Assembly: GCA_965227775.1 (NCBI GenBank) | Contig: OZ245777.1 | Coordinates: 2,528,001 to 2,592,000, forward strand | Length of the DNA stretch: 64,000 bases | Direction of reading: 5' to 3' | DNA from: Phycisphaerales bacterium | Lineage (GTDB): Bacteria; Planctomycetota; Phycisphaerae; Phycisphaerales; UBA1924 | Shown here: positions 56,498-64,000 of the stretch, one piece after another | Layout of the letters: each line of letters begins with the position of its first letter | How positions within the stretch are numbered: the first letter of the stretch is position 1 | Notes under the pieces: generated by a model | Told to the model about the DNA's origin: nothing | Database searches by the model: none | Seen by the model: the letters and a program-made list of their open reading frames with translations, nothing else | Translations under genes and position numbers: made by a program

Positions 56498-57331
56498 TTA
56501 CGGACAGCCGGCGTCGAACTCGTTGGAGAACGTCAGGAAGTCGAAGATGGTCAAGACGCCGTCACCGTCGAAGTCGGCGATCAGGTCTCCGGCGTCGAAC
56601 AGGTTCGTGAACGTCAGGAAGTCGAACAGTGTGAGCTCCCCGTCGCCGTCCAGGTCAACACGGCAGCCCGCGTCGGCCTCGACCAGCAGCACGTCGTCGA
56701 TATACGTAGGGTTGGCGTTGGGAGCGTATAGATCGAGCACATCGATCTGTGTCAGCCCGCCACCCGAAACATTCTCGCTCCACACCAGGTCTTCGGCGAA
56801 GGCAACCCCGTTGTAGTAGATATCAAACGTGTCGTTGTCGAGATCGATCTCGGCACGCAGCTCGACCCACTCGTCAAGGATCAGATCTGTGGTATTGCCG
56901 TCGAACTCGCTCTCCACCATCAAATCGATCGTGCCAAGGCGCACCTGCATCGACCAGTTGCTGTCGGTCGGGCTGGCGTCGTTGAACTGGTTGAGCAGAA
57001 TGACGTAGAAGTCACCGATCGCCGACGAAGACATGAATGTCTGGCACGAGAACGTCCACTGGCCGCTGGTGGCGATGGGCGTGCCGCCGTCGCGCATGCG
57101 GTAGATGATGTCCGTCTCGAATTGATCCGCAAGGAACGAGTTCGACCCGGAGGCGGCCTGGTCGTCGGACACGAACGCGTCGGCACCGCCCGGCCACAGG
57201 TCCCAGCCGCCCTGTCCCGCAACCGCCGAACCGACGGTGTAGTCCTCGAATCCGTCATCGATGAGCGTGGTCTGGGCAAGAGCCGGCGCGGTGATACCAC
57301 AAGCGAGAACGACAGATAGCGCAGTTCGCAT
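56498..57331 (-). CDS. Secreted lectin-like beta-sandwich protein with GC-type dockerin-like anchor
   Basis: Signal peptide ALA; DDGFEDY...GQGGW...YIDDV; C-terminus CRVDLDGDGELTLFDF...DFDGDGVLTIFDF...AGCP. Confidence 0.82.
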   Translation of the reverse strand: MRTALSVVLACGITAPALAQTTLIDDGFEDYTVGSAVAGQGGWDLWPGGADAFVSDDQAASGSNSFLADQFETDIIYRMRDGGTPIATSGQWTFSCQTFMSSSAIGDFYVILLNQFNDASPTDSNWSMQVRLGTIDLMVESEFDGNTTDLILDEWVELRAEIDLDNDTFDIYYNGVAFAEDLVWSENVSGGGLTQIDVLDLYAPNANPTYIDDVLLVEADAGCRVDLDGDGELTLFDFLTFTNLFDAGDLIADFDGDGVLTIFDFLTFSNEFDAGCP

Positions 57332-57621
57332 TGCGAACCTCCCCTTCTTCGTGTTTCCGCAAGGCCATGTCCAGCACCCGTCGACCACTGGATCGACTTG
57401 CCCAAGCGCCGAGCGGGCAGAACGGCGTCAGGCGAGCGCGCACCGATGCACGCCCCATTCCATCACGATCGACCGGCGTTCGGCAACCGTACCGACATCT
57501 GGATTGCTCCCCACGGCGGGATCATGTGTCCCGTAACTAATGCATAGTTTCCAGAATCTTGCTCGACAATCAATACGTGATAACCCGATAGAGACCAAAT
57601 TTGTGAGTGCGGATTAGCGAA

Positions 57622-57646
57622 GGAACGCCTCCGACTACACTGCGTA
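57622..57646 (+). promoter_or_regulatory. ECF-type (auto)promoter
   Basis: GGAAC-N16-CGTA about 45 nt upstream of the ECF sigma gene. Confidence 0.5.
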
Positions 57647-57690
57647 GCTTGGTTCGACCGTCAGTGAGCAGCAAGAGGGGCACAGCCCGC

Positions 57691-58290
57691 GTGGCGGACG
57701 ACGAGACCCAACTCATCGAGCGGGCAAAGGCCGGCGACGGTGCCGCAGCAGCGGAGCTCGTCGAGCGCTTCCAGCACCGCATCTACACACTCTGCGTGCG
57801 ACTCCTCGGCAACCGAGACGACGCGGAGGAGCTCACCCAGGAGACGCTGGTCAAGGCGCTCACCGGGCTCGAGCGATTCGATGGCCGGGCCTCACTCTCG
57901 ACATGGCTGCACCGCATCGCCACCAATGCCTGTTACTCGCGAATGCGTTCGGATACAGTTCGCACTCGTGGCCGCGTGGCATGGCCTGAGATTGGGGAAC
58001 CAACAGCCGCCTCACGCGTCCAAAGGAGCGATGCTGGCGTGGATGCCAGCCAGCGTCGGCGAGATGTGGCCGCAGCCCTCGAGGGGCTGCAGTCGGAGCA
58101 TCGGGTGGTTTTAGTCCTCAGGGACGTGCAAGGGCTGGAGTACGAGCAGTTGGCCGAAGTGCTTGGTGTGCCAGTTGGAACGATCAAGAGCCGGCTGTTC
58201 CGGGCACGGGTCGCGCTGCGCGAGGCAATCGAAGCGCTCGAGACCGGCGCTGCGGAGCACGACCGATCCAGCCGGGGAGGCCGCTCGTGA
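57691..58290 (+). CDS. ECF RNA polymerase sigma factor (RpoE/SigW-like)
   Basis: DAEELTQET, FDGRASLSTWLHRIATN, LRDVQGLEYEQLAEVLGVPVGTIKSRLFRAR. Confidence 0.92.
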   Translation: MADDETQLIERAKAGDGAAAAELVERFQHRIYTLCVRLLGNRDDAEELTQETLVKALTGLERFDGRASLSTWLHRIATNACYSRMRSDTVRTRGRVAWPEIGEPTAASRVQRSDAGVDASQRRRDVAAALEGLQSEHRVVLVLRDVQGLEYEQLAEVLGVPVGTIKSRLFRARVALREAIEALETGAAEHDRSSRGGRS

Positions 58291-59423
58291 TGCTCGCCGG
58301 ATTCGATCCCGATCGCGATCTGCCCAGCGGCCTGACAGAGGCGGACTTGCTCGAGTACGTTGAGGCCGACGCCACCCAGATCTCTGCGGCAACGCCAGCG
58401 TCCGTTCTTGGCCGAGTCGAAGCAACTCGACGCACTGATGCCCGGCTTGCCTCGCTGCTCGACGCCCTCCGCATCGACCGGGCCGCACTCGGATCGCTCG
58501 ACGCTCCGGCTCCTTCTGAAGCGGTTGCGATCGCTGTGCTCGAAGAACATGAGCGACAGGCCTTGCTCGCCCTTTCCGACATGGCCAGCCGCGGCCCGAG
58601 AGCCAGCCAGACAGATGACGACGAGGCCTTCTCCTTCTCGGCCATGCCTCGCTGGTTCAAGCCGGCCTTGGCAGTCGCGGCGGTGCTCGCACTCGCCTTC
58701 GGCGCTTGGCAACTCGTGCCGTTCATCACACCCCATCAGCCGCCGACCGGGCCAGAAGTCGCGCTGAACGAAGATGACTCCCCCGAAGCGATCGAGGTGC
58801 CCGCACAACCGCCCGAGCCAATCGTCATCGCGACGCAGGACCCACGGCCAGTAGTCCCATCGCCTCAGCCGTTGCTGCCCTCCGCGGCCGACGTCTTGGC
58901 GGCTCGACTCGACATGTCGGCGCAGGAGGCGATCGAACTCGCGCGTGCAGGCCGCTTGCTCGTTGTAGTCGACGTCCAGCGGGCGTCCGAAGCGGCAGAG
59001 GCCGCGGCTCGCATCGGTAAGCAGCCCGTCAATCCGACTTGGCGGTTGCGAGAAGCCGAGACCGAACTCGTCGCGGCCCTCTCGACGCCTGCTCAGGCTC
59101 GCCTCGTCGGAATCGAGGACGCTGGCAATGAAATGCTCACGACAGCCCGCGGACCGCTCGGCCAGATCGAGGTCGTCATGGCTGCGGCCCCGACGGTCGC
59201 GATGGCCGAAGCTTCGATGTCACCGGACGCCATGCTGTCCTTGTTAGATGGTCTGGCGCACCTTGGCGAGGACATCCGCATCGTCCCTCTCGACGAGCCA
59301 TTGCCCGGCGCTGGCATCATTGATTCCGCGGCCCCTGGCTTCGACGTTCTTTGGTGGACGCAAGACCCCGCGACGTGGCAGCCGCGGACGGCCATCCCCG
59401 TTCGCTTCATCGAGTCTCGCTAG
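58287..59423 (+). CDS. Putative anti-sigma factor (single TM)
   Basis: Overlaps the sigma stop (GTGA); LLEYVE N-terminal motif, TM ALAVAAVLALAFGAW, Pro-rich linker. Confidence 0.65.
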   Translation: MMLAGFDPDRDLPSGLTEADLLEYVEADATQISAATPASVLGRVEATRRTDARLASLLDALRIDRAALGSLDAPAPSEAVAIAVLEEHERQALLALSDMASRGPRASQTDDDEAFSFSAMPRWFKPALAVAAVLALAFGAWQLVPFITPHQPPTGPEVALNEDDSPEAIEVPAQPPEPIVIATQDPRPVVPSPQPLLPSAADVLAARLDMSAQEAIELARAGRLLVVVDVQRASEAAEAAARIGKQPVNPTWRLREAETELVAALSTPAQARLVGIEDAGNEMLTTARGPLGQIEVVMAAAPTVAMAEASMSPDAMLSLLDGLAHLGEDIRIVPLDEPLPGAGIIDSAAPGFDVLWWTQDPATWQPRTAIPVRFIESR

Positions 59424-60178
59424 TTGGCCAGGTAGTCGCTTGCCCGTCTCGGCCAGCGATTCTTCTTCATCATTTTGACGATCTGCGGATCGGCGAGATA
59501 CATCCGCACGGCCTCTTCGGGCAGTGATCGGGACTGCTCGCTGGGCGCAGCCGATGGAGCCCGGTCTTCGAGTTCCTTTGACGAACCGTGGTAGTGCCCC
59601 TCGCAATACTCGACGGCTCGCGCAACGCGCGACTTGTCCTTGCCGAGGCCCCAGGCCTTGAAGAGCGCCACAAAGAACTTCTCTGGTTTCGACCGGAACT
59701 GTTCGAATGTCAGCGGAACGCTCGACTCCGCCCAATTCGCCGCAAAGGCTTTGTAGTGATCAAGCTCGTAGTTCGGTCGTAGCGCGTCGGTCCAGCCGCG
59801 AGCGTAAAGGCTATTGAGACGAGTCAGTGGATTGCGCGCCAACCACACAGCCTTGTGATCTGGGAACGCCCGCCAGAACTGGGCCGGCGGCGGCCGGAGG
59901 TGGGGGTGCTTCACCACAACCGCGTCGCTGCCCTCGGCGATTTCACGCAGCACACGAGAAGCGAGATCGATGGTCGCTTGATCCTCGAGCATGCACAGGC
60001 CGGCGAGGTGGGCCTTCACCAGCTCGGCCTGGCTCGCCGGGTAGTTGTACGGCTCTCCAGTCCGATCCCACGGCCCAAGCGGCTCGTCCGCAACTGGGCA
60101 GCCCAGCGCGTGCGCAGCGGCGTACGCGGTCACCGAAGAGCCGCTCCGCGGAAGCGAAAATATCCAGTAGGCTCGCAT
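59420..60178 (-). CDS. PAPS-dependent sulfotransferase-like protein
   Basis: SLPRSGSS (5'-PSB loop), VVKHPH, LARNPL...S (3'-PB), TFEQF. Confidence 0.75.
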   Translation of the reverse strand: MRAYWIFSLPRSGSSVTAYAAAHALGCPVADEPLGPWDRTGEPYNYPASQAELVKAHLAGLCMLEDQATIDLASRVLREIAEGSDAVVVKHPHLRPPPAQFWRAFPDHKAVWLARNPLTRLNSLYARGWTDALRPNYELDHYKAFAANWAESSVPLTFEQFRSKPEKFFVALFKAWGLGKDKSRVARAVEYCEGHYHGSSKELEDRAPSAAPSEQSRSLPEEAVRMYLADPQIVKMMKKNRWPRRASDYLAN

Positions 60179-60213
60179 GGCCTCAGTTGTAGGCCGCGCG
60201 GCTTGCAGCTGGG

Positions 60214-60966
60214 CTACTGGCCAGCCAATTGCAGCCGGCGGCGAAGCAATTGATCGGCCACGGCGAGATCCAACGCCGAGTCGATGTCGACCACGTCTCC
60301 TGGCTCGGTCGTGATCGCGCGATGGTCACTACCCAGGAATGCGTGCGGCTGATCAGCCACTGTGCCAGCGGCGTCCAGTACCGATCGGCGGACGACGATC
60401 ACACCACCGTCGGGCACGAAGGCGGGCTCGAGTTCCTGCCGCCGGTAAACGCCACCAAACAGTCGATCTCCCTGCCAGGGTCGCACCCGACCCGACGAGT
60501 CCACCCGTGAGGTCCACGTCGGATGGAATTTCCCGACGCGGGCGTAGCTCTGGACGCTGTCGCAGCCTGTTTTATGGAACAAGCTGATCGCTCGCTCGAT
60601 CAAGTCGGCGGGCCGAACGGGCACATTCGCATACAGGATCACGACGGCGGCGTGCTCCGAGATTTGGCTGGCTGCATCCGCTTGCGTTAAGGCGAACCTC
60701 GCCGCCGAGTCGATGGTTGCCGTATCTCCCGCAAGGTCGGCCGGCCGGGGCCAATACTCGACACCTGCCTCGGAGACCATCTCGCCAATCTGCTCGTCGT
60801 CGGTCGAGACTCCGATCCGATCGATTGAATCTGTGGATTTGGCGTGTTCGATTGTCCACGCTGCGCACGGTTGTCCCGCAACCATCGCTCGGTTCTTGCC
60901 AGGTAGCCCCTTGCTTCCCGCTCTCGCGAGAATGACGGCAATGGCCGTATCTGGACGATCGCTCAT
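60214..60966 (-). CDS. neuA: Acylneuraminate (nonulosonate) cytidylyltransferase
   Basis: ILARAGSKGLPGKN, VSTDD, RPADLAGD, RRQEL, DIDSALD. Confidence 0.88.
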   Translation of the reverse strand: MSDRPDTAIAVILARAGSKGLPGKNRAMVAGQPCAAWTIEHAKSTDSIDRIGVSTDDEQIGEMVSEAGVEYWPRPADLAGDTATIDSAARFALTQADAASQISEHAAVVILYANVPVRPADLIERAISLFHKTGCDSVQSYARVGKFHPTWTSRVDSSGRVRPWQGDRLFGGVYRRQELEPAFVPDGGVIVVRRSVLDAAGTVADQPHAFLGSDHRAITTEPGDVVDIDSALDLAVADQLLRRRLQLAGQ

Positions 60967-63900
60967 GCGCCACCGCCTACGTGCGCAACCGACGCCGCCT
61001 CGGTTTGCCGATCCTCCCGATCAAGCCGGCGCCGCGCTGCTTCGGGCAGTGGTAATCCTGCGAAGCGAACGCTCGCCGCCAGGCGGTCGGGGACGATCAT
61101 CGCGCTGCCAAATCTCATAATCATGTCGTCGTACTGCTCGAGCAGCGACGGCAGCATCGACTCGTTGCGAACCAGCCGCGGCACGATCCACGGGGTCACG
61201 AGCCCGCGGTGTCCCTCGGGCAACAGGTCCTCGACCGGCGGCGGGAAGTGGGGGTCGGCGATGTCAACGCTGATGATGTCCACGCGGCTCGCTCGCAGCC
61301 GATCCAGTTCTGTTGCGCCCCAGACAAGCAAGGTGCGTACGTGCACCGATGCAGCACCCGAGTCAAGAAGCTCATCGGCAAGGTCTGCAGCGAACGCATT
61401 GAACCCGCATCGTTCGCAGTCAAGCGTGATAGCCGCATCGGCGGCACCACGCGCGAACGCGAGCACGCGCTGGCATAGATCCTCGTCGGCTTCCTCACCA
61501 AGTACCACACGGAGGTGCGTCGGTCTCTGCGGCGCGGATGCGCTCAGTTCCAAGAGTGGCTCGATCGAAGACTGGCCCTTGACGGCATGCTCGATAGCGG
61601 GCATGAAGGCCGCAAGCCGATCGTGGCTATCTGGGATCAGGCGTCGGCCAAGATCCCGCAGCTTCGGATCAACGGCCACGCAGATGTCGCCCGCGATTGG
61701 ATCTGGCCGTGGGGCATGCGGCGTATACGAGAGCAATCCGCCGATCGTGGCAACCGGACCCGCCAGGGGATTCTCGGCGATCTCCGCGATCGCCGGCCTC
61801 GCGAGCGCACAGGCAGCCAGGCCGGCCGGAGCCTGCGCAAACGCGACATGTCGTGCCTGGGGATCGACCAGCAACCGCTCCGCGACGCGATCAGTAAGGG
61901 CGGCGTCCAAGAGCGCCCAGTCGGAGCCTATGACGAGCGCCCCCGGAGCGCTCAGTTCATCAACGATCGCGAGGGATGCGGCCGGGTCGAACGTCTCATC
62001 GTGCGGCGTCAGCGATGCGACGCCCCCCCGAAAACTCGATCCACAGAACGCTCGGGCAGCACCGATCGCACGACGGCGCTGCTCTAAATCCTCGCTCGCG
62101 GCGTGCACCCTGACCCGAAGGCCTTCCGGTGCCCCGGCGGCCACACGTTTGGCAGCCTCAACATCGGTGGCAACCAGCACCACTTCCGACACGCGCTCGC
62201 AACGCCCCAGCGTCGATAGCGTGGCGTCGACCACCGACCTACCGCCAGCGAGGTCAGCCAGGAGCTCGAGGCCGCGTGATCGACTCTGATTCAGGCCACC
62301 GGTCTCCGGGTCGAACCACACGAGAGCCGGCAGCCTGCCGTCGACATCTCGCGGCGCCGCGATCGATTCGGGCCGCCCATGCGAGTCATCGGTCGATCGC
62401 AGCAACGAAGCCATCCGCTCGGCTGAATCCGCAAGCCAGGAGAGATTCTCTGCGTCCCGCTCGATCCTCTGCGCCTGCACGTCTCGCTCGCTCGCGTCAC
62501 CGTACTGGATGGCGATCGTCCGGTCTCGCTTCGCTCGCCTCAAGCCGCCGGTCTGGTTGAGCAGGTGCGTCAACCAGAACGCCGGCTGTAAGCCCTGCGC
62601 CTCGTCACGTACGGCGTGGATGTCACGGACCTTTGCGTTCATATCTTGCACATCACCGAACGCGTCCAGCGAGCGCACCATCTCTTCGGCGCGTCTGGAG
62701 AGCCCTGCTAGATCGTCGCACTGACTCGCAGCCGCCTCAAACGCGTGCTCCACCGATGCACCCAGCTTCTTGACGGGTGGGTGCTGTGGCAACGCGACCT
62801 CTGTGCCAAAACGGGCGATGGCGTCCTCGAGCAACATCGGTGTCGTGTGCGCCTTCGCGGCGCCCCGTCCGGCATCGATCACCGTTCGTCCCTTTGCTTC
62901 ATCCTCAGCAAAAGCTCGCTCGAACTGCATCAGGTAGGTGTGCAACTGCTCGTCGGTCGCGAGCGGCTGCCCATCGTGATCGATCGTTTGCCGAAGCATC
63001 CGCCGGGCCCGTCCGAGCCGCTCGGCCTCCATCATCTCCAGCGTCCTGAATTCGCCGAGCTCACCCGCCCACACACCATGGATTGCCGCGCCGGCCCCGT
63101 AGTACAAGCCGTCTGTGTACGCCAGATCCTGCCCGACGAGGATCACGGGATCACAGCCGAGATACCGAGCCAAGTAGTACGACAAATGTGCAACCGTGGC
63201 TCCGCCATCCAGCCGGGCGTGTGAGTTGTCACCGAGCAGCCGATCCAGCACCGGATCTGCCGGCATGCGGACGGCACCCGGCCACGCACGCAGGATCGCC
63301 GGGTTTGCCTTGGGCTCTGCCACCAGGGTCACGCCCTCCACGTCCTCGATGGTCAGCCCTTCGTAGAAGCGTCGGCTGATGTCGTGATGATCCAGCGCGG
63401 TTACAAAGTGTGGCTTGATACCGCGTTCGAGCAGTGGCTTAAGCACCGTCTGGGCGGCGATAATGCACACCCGGCCACGCAAGCCGGGCTCGCTCAGCAC
63501 CTCAAAGCTCTCGGCCAGGCTCGGACCGGCACTCACGACGATCGCGGGCGAACCCGAAAGCGCATTGGCTAGGTCGTTGATGCCCGGGTTCGACGCGTAC
63601 GCCCACGCATTCGCAAGCGTGTTCCGCAACGTCTTCTCTGTTTGCACGAGCTTGGTCACCACAGAGGTCTTCGTCGCCGCGATCACCTCGACAAGCCGCT
63701 TGGCGAATCGCTCTCCTTCTTCGCCCAGCCGTCCCGCGCTAGGTGGATGGTTCACGAATCGCACGCCGAGAGCGAGCACGCCCTCCAGCCCGTGCACGCC
63801 CGATGTGATCGCGTCGCTGCTATCGGCCTTGTGCAAGAGCACGACGCGGCCAGACTCGAAGCACTCCGTGTGATCAACGCGCTCCAGCACCGCTCGTAGT

Positions 63901-64000
63901 AGGCCCACGTCCGGCTCGAAGCAGAACACCACCCCCGATTGCCCAACGCGCTTCGAGATCGCATCAACGTGGTAGCCGAGCGAGAAGCCCGGCACGGCGA
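60963..64000 (-). CDS. Maf/MptE-like (DUF115) glycosyltransferase fused to degenerate nucleotidyltransferase-like domains; 5' end beyond the window
   Basis: GFSLGYH, AIVVSAGPSL, GIKPHFVTALD, GATVAH...LGCDPVILVGQDLAY; long C-terminal extension; ATGA overlap with neuA. Confidence 0.8.
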   Translation of the reverse strand, partial: AVPGFSLGYHVDAISKRVGQSGVVFCFEPDVGLLRAVLERVDHTECFESGRVVLLHKADSSDAITSGVHGLEGVLALGVRFVNHPPSAGRLGEEGERFAKRLVEVIAATKTSVVTKLVQTEKTLRNTLANAWAYASNPGINDLANALSGSPAIVVSAGPSLAESFEVLSEPGLRGRVCIIAAQTVLKPLLERGIKPHFVTALDHHDISRRFYEGLTIEDVEGVTLVAEPKANPAILRAWPGAVRMPADPVLDRLLGDNSHARLDGGATVAHLSYYLARYLGCDPVILVGQDLAYTDGLYYGAGAAIHGVWAGELGEFRTLEMMEAERLGRARRMLRQTIDHDGQPLATDEQLHTYLMQFERAFAEDEAKGRTVIDAGRGAAKAHTTPMLLEDAIARFGTEVALPQHPPVKKLGASVEHAFEAAASQCDDLAGLSRRAEEMVRSLDAFGDVQDMNAKVRDIHAVRDEAQGLQPAFWLTHLLNQTGGLRRAKRDRTIAIQYGDASERDVQAQRIERDAENLSWLADSAERMASLLRSTDDSHGRPESIAAPRDVDGRLPALVWFDPETGGLNQSRSRGLELLADLAGGRSVVDATLSTLGRCERVSEVVLVATDVEAAKRVAAGAPEGLRVRVHAASEDLEQRRRAIGAARAFCGSSFRGGVASLTPHDETFDPAASLAIVDELSAPGALVIGSDWALLDAALTDRVAERLLVDPQARHVAFAQAPAGLAACALARPAIAEIAENPLAGPVATIGGLLSYTPHAPRPDPIAGDICVAVDPKLRDLGRRLIPDSHDRLAAFMPAIEHAVKGQSSIEPLLELSASAPQRPTHLRVVLGEEADEDLCQRVLAFARGAADAAITLDCERCGFNAFAADLADELLDSGAASVHVRTLLVWGATELDRLRASRVDIISVDIADPHFPPPVEDLLPEGHRGLVTPWIVPRLVRNESMLPSLLEQYDDMIMRFGSAMIVPDRLAASVRFAGLPLPEAARRRLDREDRQTEAASVAHVGGGA

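Overview
High-GC bacterial chromosome segment, most likely Planctomycetota/Phycisphaerales. That assignment is an inference from two proteins ending in paired DxDGDG-xTIFDFL 'GC-type dockerin' repeats, an N-terminal-only GlmU and several planctomycete-type hypotheticals. The window is densely coding (about 58 CDS) with three tRNAs (Gln-TTG, fMet-CAT, Thr-CGT) and no recognisable IS, prophage or CRISPR. Core genes include prs, purD, cyoE, surE, bcp, pepA, a phosphohexomutase and neuA. There are also many peptidases, two ABC exporters, a sulfur dioxygenase/rhodanese pair and two ECF sigma/anti-sigma modules. The most striking locus is 48150-54810: DUF3467, then a GAF-HlyD adaptor, then a PqqD/RRE-M50 protease-HlyD fusion, then a C-terminally truncated SecA paralog. 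It looks like a non-canonical, SecA-motor-coupled type-I-like export/processing system with no ABC ATPase in the locus. Other notable signals: widespread leaderless-type promoters (which reveal an unlisted 44-aa membrane protein), Fur-like 7-1-7 boxes in front of a small HiPIP-like 4-Cys protein and an M28 peptidase, an M14 carboxypeptidase-DPP-IV fusion, a uORF leader before an RNHCP gene, and a Maf-fusion/NeuA/sulfotransferase glycosylation operon. All calls are from motif recognition by eye; no searches were run.
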